Made by a program: the position numbers and the translations under genes. A model generated the notes under the pieces. The model was not told where the DNA came from. It saw only the letters and a list, made by a program, of their open reading frames with translations, and did not search any database. A DNA stretch of 64,000 nt from an uncultured Chloroflexia bacterium (GTDB lineage Bacteria > Chloroflexota > Anaerolineae > B4-G1 > SLSP01), in contig CAVVUS010000043.1 in the NCBI GenBank assembly GCA_963751345.1, forward strand, positions 32,001 to 96,000, written 5' to 3'. The first letter of the stretch is position 1. Each line of letters opens with the position of its first letter. This document shows, one piece after another, positions 31,434 through 42,083 of this stretch.

Positions 31434-32360
31434 ATGCAGACACAATATCTCGATCATATGGAAGGAACACTTGCCTACACGGATTACGGCGGCGACGGTC
31501 AACCTGTGCTCATGTTGCCTGGATTGGGTGCTCTCCGCAGCGAGTATCGCTACCTCGCCCCGAAGCTGAGAGACGCAGGGTATCGCGCCGTCACGGCCGA
31601 CCTGCGCGGACATGGCGAGTCCAGCGTCCCGTGGAAGACCTACGACGTGCCCTCTGTCGGGGGTGACATCCTGGCATTGATCGACCACCTCGGTGCCGGA
31701 CCCGTACATCTAATTGGCACATCCTTCGGCGGCGCTGCGGTGGTATGGGCCGCAGCAGAAGCGCCGGCGTCCACACTTTCGGTGGTGCTCATCAATCCGT
31801 TTGCGCGGGCGGAGAAGATCAACCCGGTCATGAATGCCCTATTCTGGCTCGTGCTGCACAATCCCTGGCGTGTAGCCATGTGGACTGCCTATTACGGCCG
31901 CCTGTACCCGACGCACAAGCCTGACGACTTTCAGGACTACATCCGCTCGCTCAGGGAGAACATGAAACAGCCGGGCCGTATGGATGCAGCCTCCGGACTG
32001 ACATTCTCCTCGCGCCAACCCTCGGACGAGCGGCTGGATCGCATAAAGGCGCCCACGCTGGTGATTATGGGCGGCAAAGATTCGGATTTCCCCGATCCTA
32101 TCGCTGAAGGCAAGATCCTTGCGAAACGAACCCATGGCAGACTGGAAGTCATCGAAGGGGCCGGACACTATCCTCAGACAGAAATGCCCGAGAAGACGGC
32201 ACCCATTCTCCTTACCTTTCTGAACCGATCTACTTCGCAGAAGATGGACGAAGTTGTGCAGCCACAGGGGATGAAAAAGCAAGGATCTGCGCGAGAGGGG
32301 GCGGAGCAGCGGTCACGGGATTTGCCCAGTCTCGTGCCCAAGAGTGCACCCGGAGATTGA
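31434..32360 (+). CDS. Alpha/beta fold hydrolase
   Basis: DLRGHGES, GTSFG nucleophile elbow, GGKD, GAGHYP. Confidence 0.9.
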   Translation: MQTQYLDHMEGTLAYTDYGGDGQPVLMLPGLGALRSEYRYLAPKLRDAGYRAVTADLRGHGESSVPWKTYDVPSVGGDILALIDHLGAGPVHLIGTSFGGAAVVWAAAEAPASTLSVVLINPFARAEKINPVMNALFWLVLHNPWRVAMWTAYYGRLYPTHKPDDFQDYIRSLRENMKQPGRMDAASGLTFSSRQPSDERLDRIKAPTLVIMGGKDSDFPDPIAEGKILAKRTHGRLEVIEGAGHYPQTEMPEKTAPILLTFLNRSTSQKMDEVVQPQGMKKQGSAREGAEQRSRDLPSLVPKSAPGD

Positions 32361-32422
32361 CGCCGTTGCGCCCATCACGCGGCACCATCGCCGCAGGCGC
32401 TGAGGTGCCACTCTGTGCGGGA

Positions 32423-33043
32423 TCAAGTCAGGCCTTTCCACCTGGCGGCAAATGCCAATACGGCCGTGATCGTCCATGAAGCCTCGGCCAAACAGGGATT
32501 CAGGAAGGCAATACCTATCGACACCAGAAAGGCTCCGGCGGTCACCAAGCCGACCCATGTCTCGGCGCGAATTAGGCTGTCCGGCAGATCTTTGTCGACC
32601 AGTCGATGGTGGTGAGTCGCGTAGGCCCATAGGCCGGCCCGTACCAGGCCAATCGCAGCTACCATCGAAGCGTATAGGGCAACGCCCTGGAAGGTACCGT
32701 TGAAATCTGCCAGGACCGAAGTGGGGAATGGCATGGAGGTCACCAGGAAGAGGAAGAGCAAGTTGATCCAGATTAGGAGGCGGTCATAGTGCTTGATATA
32801 GAGGAAGACGCGGTGATGTGCTCCCCAAAACATGCCAACAACAAAGAAGCTGATGGCGAACGCCAGGAATTGAGGGCCAAGGTCGGCCAACAGCCGGGGT
32901 AGCTGCTCGCCTGCCGGAACCTGGACGTCCGGCAGGCGCAGATCGAGCGCCAGAAGTGTGATAGCAATTGCCATCACCGCATCGCTGAAGAAGACGAGCC
33001 TCTCCAGCCCGATATCTCTGTCAGACCCTGAAACAGGCTCCAT
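32423..33043 (-). CDS. TMEM175 family (DUF1211) cation channel
   Basis: ERLVFFSDAVMAIAITLL, SFFVVGMFWGAHH. Confidence 0.9.
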   Translation of the reverse strand: MEPVSGSDRDIGLERLVFFSDAVMAIAITLLALDLRLPDVQVPAGEQLPRLLADLGPQFLAFAISFFVVGMFWGAHHRVFLYIKHYDRLLIWINLLFLFLVTSMPFPTSVLADFNGTFQGVALYASMVAAIGLVRAGLWAYATHHHRLVDKDLPDSLIRAETWVGLVTAGAFLVSIGIAFLNPCLAEASWTITAVLAFAARWKGLT

Positions 33044-33146
33044 TCTCCTCGCCTCCCGAAATGTACCCGGACGCAAGATGCTCTATGGCCGTACGACGAG
33101 GCAAAGAGCGTCTCAGGATGAGGCCGCCGATGTCAAGGTATCGCGC

Positions 33147-34016
33147 CTACGGCACCTCGGCGAACGCCGACAGTGGCGCATAGGCGACGCCGACCATGGT
33201 CGGCCCGGTGTGGGCGCCCAGCACCAGCGACATCGGGCCCATCGGCAGCCAGGTGCAGGCGAAGAACTGGTCGATGCGCTCGCGCAGCATCGCGGCCCCT
33301 TCCGGGTTGTTGGCGTAGAGCACCTGCACCCTCAGGGCACTGCCCTCCGGATGCTGGCGCTTGATCAGCCCTACGATCTTCTCAACCGCACCCTTGAAGG
33401 CGCGCGCCTGACCGAGCTGCACGTAGGTGCCGTTGACCTTTTCCACGCCGATCACGGGCTTGATGTTGAGCACCGCCGCGATCAAGCCTTTCATGTGGCT
33501 GATCCGCCCTCCGTGAATCAGGTACTTGAGTTCGTTGAGAGTATAGAGGCTCTCCGTGGCGGCCCCGACCTTGGCGACCAGGCCCAGGATCTGCTCGATC
33601 GGCCAGCCGGCTTTGTTGGCCAGGGCCGCGGCGATCACCTGCCAGCCCGCCCCGGCGGAGAGGGTCTTGGTGTCGATATGCGTGACGTTCGCCTCCGGCA
33701 CCAGAGCTGCCCCGGCCAAAGCCGAGTTCAACGTGCCGCTCAGACCTGAGGACATATGGATCGAGAGGATGTCGGGATCGGTAGCAGCGAGCTGCCTGTA
33801 GAGCTCTGCGAAGTCGCCTGCGGATGGCTGGGACGTGGTGGGGAGGCTGTCCGTCGCCGACAGAAGGTCGTAGAGCGCATCCGATTCGATATCCACGTGC
33901 TCGCGATAGGACTTGCCGTCCAGGGTCACGACCAGAGGAACCTCGTGTATTCCCAACTCAGACGCCCGCTCGGGCGACAGACCCACATCCGTTCCGCTAT
34001 CCGTCACGATTTGCAT
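33147..34016 (-). CDS. DegV family fatty-acid-binding protein
   Basis: IVTDS, TTSQPS, SSGLSGT, GGRI, LNIKP, AHTGP. Confidence 0.93.
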   Translation of the reverse strand: MQIVTDSGTDVGLSPERASELGIHEVPLVVTLDGKSYREHVDIESDALYDLLSATDSLPTTSQPSAGDFAELYRQLAATDPDILSIHMSSGLSGTLNSALAGAALVPEANVTHIDTKTLSAGAGWQVIAAALANKAGWPIEQILGLVAKVGAATESLYTLNELKYLIHGGRISHMKGLIAAVLNIKPVIGVEKVNGTYVQLGQARAFKGAVEKIVGLIKRQHPEGSALRVQVLYANNPEGAAMLRERIDQFFACTWLPMGPMSLVLGAHTGPTMVGVAYAPLSAFAEVP

Positions 34017-34054
34017 AGCACCTCACTCCTTTGTGGGCTACACCATCATCGGCA

Positions 34055-35182
34055 TCACCAGTTGGTGATGGACCCATCCGGACGATGGTACATAGGGATC
34101 GGCGCGGAGCGCTCCGTGATCTCGGCAATCAGCTCGGCGCCGGTGGGATCGAACTCAACACCCAGGCCGGGTCGGGCCTCGGGCCACAGTTTGCCGTCGC
34201 GGAACGTGCATCCCTGGGTCAGATACGAGGGCTGTCTTGGCGCGGGGCCGCCGATCTCCATCAGCACGGGCACCGGCAGCGCGCCCAGGACGTGCACCAG
34301 GGCCGCCACTGAGATCGGCCCCGTAAAGTGGGGGATCATGCCGACGTAGTGGGTCTCACAAAGCGCGGCGATCTTCATCATCTCCGTGATCCCACCGACG
34401 TTGGGCAGCGTCACCCGCGTGTAGTCAATCAGGTGGTCTTCGATCAGCTCGTTGACGTCCCAGCGGTCGCCGAACTGCTCGCCCACCGCGATAGGAACCC
34501 GGACCAGGGGGCGGAGCGTGGCAAGCGCACCGGGGTTCTCCGAACGCAGCGGATCCTCCACGAAGAGCGGGGCCAGCGGCTCGATCAGCCCACACAGGCG
34601 CACCGTGTCCGCCAGGTCCAGCCGCGTGTGGACGTCGATCGACCACTCGCCGCGCGTGCCGATGGCCTCGCGGATCTCGCGGCACGCTGCCGCCGTCACC
34701 TCAACCTCGCGATGGGCGTCAAAGACGCCCTCGCGGGCCTGCCCCACGGAGGTGCGGAAGGCGCGGAAGCCTGCCTCGATGCACGCAACCGCCGTCTCGG
34801 CCAGTGTGCCCTGCCAGGGAAATCCCGTCGAGTAACAATCAATATAGTCACGGGTCAACCCTCCGAGGAGCTCGTAGACAGGCGCGTCAAGCTGCTTGCC
34901 CTTGAGATCCCAGAGCGCCAGGTCGAGCGCGCCCAGCGCGTGCAGCTTCTCCCGACCTGCGGGGTAGAACCAGCCACGGTACATCATCTGCCATAGATGC
35001 TGGATGCGACTCGGATCCTCCCCAATCAACATCGCGCCACACTGCGTCAAGGTGTCAGGGGTACCCCCCTCACCTATACCCAGGAGGCCGGCGTCGGTCT
35101 CGATGGTCACGACGTAGTTACTCTGGTTGAAGGTCGGGTTGAGCCGTTGCGGCCGATAGATGCGGATGCGCGTGATCTTCAT
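34055..35182 (-). CDS. Mandelate racemase/muconate lactonizing family enzyme (galactonate dehydratase-like)
   Basis: Own GGAGG RBS and ATG (MKITRIRI); LDLALWDLKGK, IDVH, FVEDP, AVGE, PGLGV. Confidence 0.88.
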   Translation of the reverse strand: MKITRIRIYRPQRLNPTFNQSNYVVTIETDAGLLGIGEGGTPDTLTQCGAMLIGEDPSRIQHLWQMMYRGWFYPAGREKLHALGALDLALWDLKGKQLDAPVYELLGGLTRDYIDCYSTGFPWQGTLAETAVACIEAGFRAFRTSVGQAREGVFDAHREVEVTAAACREIREAIGTRGEWSIDVHTRLDLADTVRLCGLIEPLAPLFVEDPLRSENPGALATLRPLVRVPIAVGEQFGDRWDVNELIEDHLIDYTRVTLPNVGGITEMMKIAALCETHYVGMIPHFTGPISVAALVHVLGALPVPVLMEIGGPAPRQPSYLTQGCTFRDGKLWPEARPGLGVEFDPTGAELIAEITERSAPIPMYHRPDGSITNW

Positions 35183-35199
35183 CGAAGTACCTCCATAGG

Positions 35200-35809
35200 T
35201 TACAGGATCCTGAACCCCATCAATGCCCCCATGACGACGAAGGCCACCTGCGGAGATCCTCAGCAGCAGCCGCTCGGGAATCCACTCACACAATTTGGCC
35301 CCACCCAGCACGCCAATGGCGGTCACCGCAGTCAGGGCCACCGACCCGCCGGTGAAGGCGATCCACGGCGTGGGCTGCTTACTGGCCAATCCAAGCACGG
35401 CCAATTGGGTCTTGTCGCCAAGCTCGGCCAGGAAAAGCAGGCTGAACGTCGCACCGAAGGCGCGCCAGTCCCAGAGCCCCGCTTGGGTCTCGCATTCCGC
35501 CGCATCGATCGTCTCACAGGCTTCCTCGCGTCCAGCCTTCATCGCTTCCCGCCAGATGAGGATGCCCATGACGACAAAGGCCACCGCAGCCACGACACGG
35601 ATCACATCCTGGGGGATAAAGGCCCCCAACAACCGGCCACCCACCGCGCCAAGCGCCGTCACGGCCACCAACGCGAGGCTGCCCCCGAGAAAAACAGGCC
35701 AGGGCCGGCGGTACTTGCACGTCTGCGAGACCACGGCGAGCTGCGTCTTGTCCCCCAGCTCGGCGACGAAGATCAGCCCAAACGCCGACAGCCACGAACC
35801 CCAATCCAT
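35200..35809 (-). CDS. TMEM165/GDT1 (UPF0016) Mn2+/Ca2+ transporter (frameshift near the 3' end)
   Basis: Two AELGDKTQL motifs; removing one G near 35248 gives ...AVAFVVMGALMGFRIL* ending at 35200. Confidence 0.88.
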
Positions 35810-35939
35810 TCACGCCTCCTGCGGGGAAGAGTTCAGAGAGTGAAGAATCGCCCAAACGGAGAGAAAACAGCGAATCTCGCTTCTGGGGCGCGAACAGACG
35901 CAAGATTTGCACACAAGGGAGGTGAACACGAGCGGAGGC

Positions 35940-36362
35940 TTACTCCTCATCCTCGTCAACAGCACCGGGCATCTCGAGCTCCACCACCTCACCGTGGACA
36001 TCGATGACCACGCGAAAGCCCATCAGCCCCAGCCACTGCCGAGCTTCTTCCGGCAGTCCCACGTTTAGCAGCTGCGTCATCTGCTCACCCATCTGTCCTA
36101 TCGAGCTCTCAACCGCGGCTTTCGTGAACAGGTCGTCTTTGCCAAGATAGTCCAACATACCCTGAACCACCGCTTCGCGGTTGGTGAGGACGCTTTCCTG
36201 AAGGGCCGCCAGGACGCGACGATCGACAATCTCGGAAGGAACGTGGCGCAGAAATCCCGCATCGTCCACGATGTAGGTCGCTTCCTGCCCAACGTGACCA
36301 ACGGCGACGGGTCGGTCATTCTCATCGACGACAAGCCCGGCGAAGACGGCTGTGCGGGCCAT
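35940..36362 (-). CDS. Hypothetical protein
   Basis: AGGAGG RBS; 140-aa ORF with acidic tail. Confidence 0.7.
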   Translation of the reverse strand: MARTAVFAGLVVDENDRPVAVGHVGQEATYIVDDAGFLRHVPSEIVDRRVLAALQESVLTNREAVVQGMLDYLGKDDLFTKAAVESSIGQMGEQMTQLLNVGLPEEARQWLGLMGFRVVIDVHGEVVELEMPGAVDEDEE

Positions 36363-36654
36363 AAACCACCCTCCTTTGAAACCAAGCGCAGGGTCAAGCC
36401 TGACGTCACACGCGACCATCCCACCTGGTCGCAAGCACCTCACAAACGGCCCGGATCAAGGCGGGCCAGCCGCGGGATCGCTTGTAAGCTAAGCCGAAAC
36501 AGGTAAACTTTAGCTGCCGGACGCACCCTCGCAACTGAATGAGAGCACGCGCCGGCACCGAAACAGTGAGCAATATCGTACCAGAAGTCAGGGCAAATAT
36601 CAACACGCTTATCGCTCGGCCTTTGGCCAAACCACGCCACGTCCTGGAGGGGTT

Positions 36655-37503
36655 TTGCAGCCAACCGTCGCTGTTGTCACCGATTCCGCCGCGGGCATTC
36701 CCACAGAGTTGGTCCGGCGCTACAACATCAGCGTGATCCCGTATTGGGTGCATCTCGGCAACGAATCATTCGTCTCAGGGGAGACGCTCGAACCCCCGGA
36801 GTTCTTCAGGCGATTGAGAGCAGCCCCCGAGATGGAGGTCCATACGGGTGTCCCCGCGGTGACCAGGTTCACCGAGACCTACCAAAGTCTGGCGACCTGG
36901 GCAAGGGGCATCGTCTCCATCCACGTGGCCGGTAAGCAAAGTGGCACGTGTAGCGCTGCAGAGGTTAGTGCGCAGGACAGCCCTGTTCCTGTGGTCGTTC
37001 TGGACACCGAGACCACGGCCATGGCCGAGGGCTTTGTGGTGCTGGAGGCTGCCCGCGAGGCTGCGAAGGGAAGCACACTGCACCAGGTCGTGGAGAAGGC
37101 CAGATCCGTCATCCCCAATGTGAGCCTGCTTGCGCTGTTGGAGAGCGTCACCTATGCCCTGAAGGGAGGCCGTCTATCCACTGCCGTGGGGAAGATAGGA
37201 ACGCTGCTCAAGATCCAGCCGCTGGTGCGCGTGAGCGTCAACAAGGTCAGCTTGATGGGGCAAGCGCGCCGGCGAGACAAGGGCATCGAGACGCTGATCG
37301 AGCGAACAGTGGGTGAGGTGCATCAGCACCCGACGCACCTCACCGTACACTATGCTGAGGATGAGGAAGAGGGTCAGGGGTTGTTGGACGCATTGAAAAG
37401 CCGCATCAACTGCGTGGAGAGCTATCTCACGCGCGTCCCGGTTGAATTGGGGGTGCACGCTGGACCCGGCTCGATCGGTGTGGCATACTACGTTGAGCGC
37501 TAG
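36655..37503 (+). CDS. DegV family protein
   Basis: VVTDS, GGRL, LKIQP, VHAGPG. Confidence 0.9.
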   Translation: MQPTVAVVTDSAAGIPTELVRRYNISVIPYWVHLGNESFVSGETLEPPEFFRRLRAAPEMEVHTGVPAVTRFTETYQSLATWARGIVSIHVAGKQSGTCSAAEVSAQDSPVPVVVLDTETTAMAEGFVVLEAAREAAKGSTLHQVVEKARSVIPNVSLLALLESVTYALKGGRLSTAVGKIGTLLKIQPLVRVSVNKVSLMGQARRRDKGIETLIERTVGEVHQHPTHLTVHYAEDEEEGQGLLDALKSRINCVESYLTRVPVELGVHAGPGSIGVAYYVER

Positions 37504-37523
37504 ACCATCAGAGGATTTCAATC

Positions 37524-37955
37524 GTGGCAATCAAAGAACGAAACCAGCAGCTCCGCGTCGTCGCTGAACTGCTGACGGCACATATCCCGGAGTTGATCGA
37601 CAAGGAACCGGAGCTGGTCCGAGACCTGCTCTCGGTGGCGGGCACCGCCCTTCTCACAATCTATGAGGATGCCGAGAAATCGGCCAAGGCCTGGGACAAA
37701 CGGGCCTATGACGTCCGCGCCGATGAGCTGCGACGCGAGTGGGATTGGGCGCTGGGGGCATCCAACTACGCGCTGGGACTGGCGCTGCGCCCCCAGCCCG
37801 TGAAACAGATAGACATCGACAAGTTGCGGCGCCTGATTCGCCCCGAGCTCCAGAAGCCGGCGCGCCGGCAGATCAGCGATCCGGCGCGTTTCCGCGGCGC
37901 AGCCAAGGCCATCAAGCAACAGCAGGCCGAGCGGCGCAAGCCCGTTCGCTGGTAA
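37524..37955 (+). CDS. Hypothetical protein
   Basis: AGAGGA RBS; helical 143-aa ORF in the same-strand run. Confidence 0.65.
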   Translation: MAIKERNQQLRVVAELLTAHIPELIDKEPELVRDLLSVAGTALLTIYEDAEKSAKAWDKRAYDVRADELRREWDWALGASNYALGLALRPQPVKQIDIDKLRRLIRPELQKPARRQISDPARFRGAAKAIKQQQAERRKPVRW

Positions 37956-38028
37956 AAGGCGCCTCATAGATCTCCAATACCGGCGGGTGTCTGAGCGTCG
38001 TGCGGAGCTATGAATGGAGGGTGCCGGC

Positions 38029-38988
38029 ATGAGCGAAAAACTCTGGCTGATCGGGATCGATCTTGGCGCGACCAAGACGGCGCTGGGGCTGATTGACCCG
38101 GACTTTCGAATCATCGCGCGCCATCGCATCGTGACGCACGCCGAGCTAGGGCCCCACGTGCTGGTCCGACGAATCGGCGAAGCCATCGGCGAGCTGCAGA
38201 GCCAACTACCCTATGGCCAAGCAATCGACGCCGTCGGGATCTGTTGTCCGGGACCCGTAGATCATGCCGCCGGCCTCCTCATCGATCCTCCCAACCTTCA
38301 GGGCCTCCACAACGCCCCGCTAAGGGAGATGCTGTCCCAGGCAACGGGTCTGCCGGTCGTCCTCGAACACGATGCCAAAGCCGCCGCGCTCGGGGAATTC
38401 CACTACGGCGCCGGTCGCGACGGGGACGATAGGGACATGGTCTACATCGTCGTGGGCACCGGGGTCGGTGCGGCCATCATTCTCGATGGAGAACTCTACC
38501 GCGGCCGGCGCAACGGCGCAGGGGAGATCGGCCACACGATGCTGAATCCCGACGGAGAGCTCTGCTCGTGCGGATCGCACGGCTGCGTGGAGACCTACCT
38601 TTCGGGGCCCTGGTTGGCCCACTGCTACCGGGGCCTTCTGGAGGACAAGGGTCAGAGAATGCCCGATCTCCCTATCACCGGCGAGATGGTCGCGGCAAGG
38701 GCCACTCACGGAGACGCGCTGGCACTGGAGGTCTTCAACCGGGCGGGCAAGGCGCTTGGGATCGCGATAGGGACGATGGCTATGACCCTGGACGTAGCAC
38801 TCTTTGTGGTCGGCGGAAGTGTGGCCAACGCGGGCGATCTCTTACTCGAGCCGGCACGCGAAATGGTCCCCAGATGTTCCTACGCATCGGTGAGCTGTCA
38901 CGTCCGCATCGTCTCGACCACCCTTGGGGAGGATGGTCCGATCCTCGGCTGCGGCTGGCTTGCCCGCAAGGCATGGGTCGCACAATGA
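38029..38988 (+). CDS. ROK family sugar kinase
   Basis: GIDLGATK, EHDAKAAALGE, GTGVG, GEIGH, CSCGSHGCVE; no N-terminal HTH. Confidence 0.92.
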   Translation: MSEKLWLIGIDLGATKTALGLIDPDFRIIARHRIVTHAELGPHVLVRRIGEAIGELQSQLPYGQAIDAVGICCPGPVDHAAGLLIDPPNLQGLHNAPLREMLSQATGLPVVLEHDAKAAALGEFHYGAGRDGDDRDMVYIVVGTGVGAAIILDGELYRGRRNGAGEIGHTMLNPDGELCSCGSHGCVETYLSGPWLAHCYRGLLEDKGQRMPDLPITGEMVAARATHGDALALEVFNRAGKALGIAIGTMAMTLDVALFVVGGSVANAGDLLLEPAREMVPRCSYASVSCHVRIVSTTLGEDGPILGCGWLARKAWVAQ

Positions 38989-41445
38989 GGCCGTCGCCGG
39001 GATTCGAGCAACTGGAGGAAGACCCATCGTCGGCTTACCCACGCGAGGTCTGGGCGGAATCCCGCCCGACGGAGCGCGCCGTCGCCATCAGGCAACGCCT
39101 GCTGGAGACGACGCGCGAGATCGATCTCGATCGTGCACGGTATACCACCGAGAGCTACCAACGTTCAGATGGGCAGCCGATGCCGATTCGGCGGGCGATG
39201 ATGCTTCGAGACGTCGTCCGCCATATGAGCATCACCATCCAGCCCGATGAATTGATCGTCGGTAATCGCTCGTACCTGCCGCGGATGGGCGTGATTGCTC
39301 CCGAGGGCGCGGTCGACTGGGTCGATCGCGAGCTCGAGGACCTTCCGACACGGCCTCAAGACCGCTTCAGCATCAGGCCCGAGCAGATACGTGAGCTGCG
39401 GGAGGAGATCTTCCCGTATTGGCGCGGCAAGACGCTGGAGGATGCCATAGCGTCACGCCTGCCCCCCGACGTGAGAGCAGCCGTTCGCGGCAGGGCCTTC
39501 GGCCTCAACCAGACCGACCATGCTCAGGGTCACATCCTGCCGGACGTCGAGAGCTGGCTGCACTTGGGCCTCGGCGGGCTTCGGGAGCGCGTCATCGCGG
39601 CCTCGAACAGGCCCGAGGCGCAGACCGATCAGCACCGGATCTTCTACCGTGCGGGGCTCATCGCGATCGAGGCAGCTCGGGACCTCATCGAGCGCTATGC
39701 AGCGTTAGCCCGGACGAACGCTGCGGCGACAGAGAACCCGATCCGCCGGCAGGAGCTCTTGCGTATCGCCGGCGTCTGTGGTTGGATAGCAGAACACCCC
39801 CCGCGCGATACGTGGGAGGCCCTTCAGTCGCTCTGGTTCCTCTTTGTGCTCCTGCAGATCGAGTCGAACGCCAGCAGTTTCTCCCCAGGGCGCTTCGACC
39901 AATACATGCTGCGTTACTTCGAGCGCGATCTTGCCAGCCGGGTCCCTGTCCCTCCCGGAGGCGCAGGCGCTGCTGGAGCTGATGTGGCTCAAGTTCAACG
40001 AGATCGTGCTGCTGCGGAGTGGCGCCAGCGCCCGCTATTTCGCCGGCTTCCCCATCGGCTTCAACATTGTGCTCGGCGGACAGGTCTCCGATGGTATCTG
40101 CGCCCAGGGCCGCGGGAAGGATGCGACGAACTTTCTGAGCTATATGTGTCTGCGCGCACAGGCCGATCTGGGACTTCCGCAACCCAATCTATCTATCCGC
40201 ATCCACAAGGATAGCCCGCAGCCATTTCTGACGACCGCCGCCTACGTGATCAGCCTCGGCAGTGGCATGCCGCAGGTCTTCAACGATGAGGTGATCATCC
40301 CCGGTCAGCTCAACCGGGGCATCACGCCGGCGGATGCGGTCGATTACGCCGTCGTAGGCTGCGTGGAGCTCTCGACACCCGGCAAGGCCCTGGGGTGGAG
40401 CGATGCTGCGATGCTCAACATGACGCGGATCCTGGAGCTTACCCTCTATGGCGGCAGGGACCCCGATACCGGCGAAGTAGTCGGACTGGAAACCCCAAGA
40501 CTGGATCAGATGGGGGGCTTCGACGAGCTGGAAGCTGCGTACGATCAGCAGTTGGCGTACTTTGTACGGCTCATGGTCCGGGGATGCGATAGTGTCGATG
40601 CGACCCACGCACAGTTGCTTCCCTCCCCGTTCCTGTCCCTGGTGGTCGAGGACTGCGTTGCCAAGGGTGTCGATGTGACCGCGGGCGGCGCGCACTACAA
40701 CTTCTCCGGTGTGCAGGGTGTCCAGATCGCCAATGTCGCCGATAGCCTGGCTGCGCTGAGATCGGCCCTCTTCGATGAGCGGTGGATAGAGGCCGGCGAC
40801 CTGCTATTGGCCCTGCGCTCCGATTTCTCCGAGAAGGAGGACCTCCGTCAGCGGCTCCTGAACCGCGCGCCGAAGTACGGCAACGACGACGACCGCGTCG
40901 ACGAGGTCGCGGCCCATTGGGCGGACCGGTACAGCGACCTTGTCGCGCAGTACGCCAACATCCGAGGGGGACGGTATCAGCCGGGCTTCTACACAGTCTC
41001 GGCGCACGTGCCGATGGGCGCCCACGTCGGGGCCACGCCTGACGGGCGCCGTGCGGGGCAACCGCTGGCGGATGGCGGGCTCTCTCCCTCGGCAGGACGT
41101 GATCGTCAAGGGCCAACCGCTGTGCTGCGATCGGTTAGCAAGCTGGACCTTGCGTTGGCCTCCAATGGCACGCTGCTCAATATGAAGTTCCTTCCGTCGC
41201 TCCTCAAGGGTGACGAGGCACTTCGAAGCTTCGTTTCACTGCTGAAAGCCTTCTGCAGGCTCAAGATCCCGCACGTGCAGTTCAACGTCGTCTCTCGGGA
41301 GACGCTGCTTGAGGCCCAAAGTCGTCCCGAGAAGTACCGGCACCTCGTCGTGCGGGTAGCCGGCTACAGCGCCTACTTCACGGAACTGGATCGTGACCTG
41401 CAGGAGGAGATCATCCGGCGCACAGAATTCGTGCGCCTCGCCTGA
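38985..41445 (+). CDS. pflD: Glycyl radical enzyme, PflD-like (frameshift near 39938)
   Basis: PTRPQDRF, NQTDxxQGH, ESNASS, ARYFAGFP, VVGCVELS (single Cys), YTVSAHVP, LVVRVAGYS; matches motifs I recall from E. coli PflD. Confidence 0.85.
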
Positions 41446-41531
41446 GTTCCGTACGTGCTTGTCAGGCGACGAGTCTCCGGTAAACTGGCGTCTGTCATTT
41501 AGGTCGAGGGAAGAGAGGCAGGCCCGCAGCA

Positions 41532-41987
41532 ATGTCGTGTGAGGACTATTTTATCCAGCAGTTGCACGATCGCGGCTTCCGGCTCACCCCGCAGCGCGAA
41601 ATGGTGCTCTCCGTCCTGCACGAGATGGAGGGACTGGTCACGGCTGAGGAGATCTACGAGCACGTTCGCGCACGCTCTGCGAGCACGGATGTCTCGACTG
41701 TCTATCGCACCCTGGACCTGCTGGAGGAATTGGAGTTGGTGGCAGTCCTGAGCACCGGGGACGATCAGCGCCGGTATGAGCTCCTGGGGATCCACGGCCT
41801 GCATCACCATCTCCGTTGTACGAATTGCGGGAAGATCGTGCCTGTGGACCCTGAGGAGCTGGCGCCATTGTTGGCTCATTTGCAGGAAGCCTACGGCTTC
41901 GCGGCCCACCTGGGATCGCTGACCCTGCCGGGTCTCTGCGCGACCTGCCGGGCGGCAGAAGCCCAGGGGACAGCCGAGGCCGGCTGA
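41532..41987 (+). CDS. Fur family metalloregulator
   Basis: RLTPQR, STVYRTL, HHHLRCTNCG, C-terminal CATC. Confidence 0.92.
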   Translation: MSCEDYFIQQLHDRGFRLTPQREMVLSVLHEMEGLVTAEEIYEHVRARSASTDVSTVYRTLDLLEELELVAVLSTGDDQRRYELLGIHGLHHHLRCTNCGKIVPVDPEELAPLLAHLQEAYGFAAHLGSLTLPGLCATCRAAEAQGTAEAG

Positions 41988-42047
41988 GAGCCCCTCGAAG
42001 GCCTCGTGCTTGGCCCAAACATCGAAAGATCATTGGTCTGAGATCGC

Positions 42048-42080
42048 AAGGGGCAGCCCCAGGGTTGCCCTTTTATTTTC
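42048..42080 (+). terminator. Intrinsic terminator between fur and larE
   Basis: AAGGGGCAGCCC-ca-GGGTTGCCCCTT followed by TTATTTT. Confidence 0.7.
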
Positions 42081-42083
42081 CTG

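Noticed and set aside
30756-33100. Genomic island integrated at tRNA-Asn
   Set aside because: No integrase or transposase, and no repeat of the tRNA 3' end seen in the window
34055-35809. Apparent 584-aa TMEM165-enolase superfamily fusion in the ORF track
   Set aside because: One extra G near 35248 removes the natural stop at 35200, and the enolase-family gene has its own GGAGG RBS and ATG at 35182; most likely an artefact
35810-35940. yybP-ykoY Mn2+ riboswitch upstream of TMEM165
   Set aside because: The AAAGGGGAGTAG-type consensus is not visible
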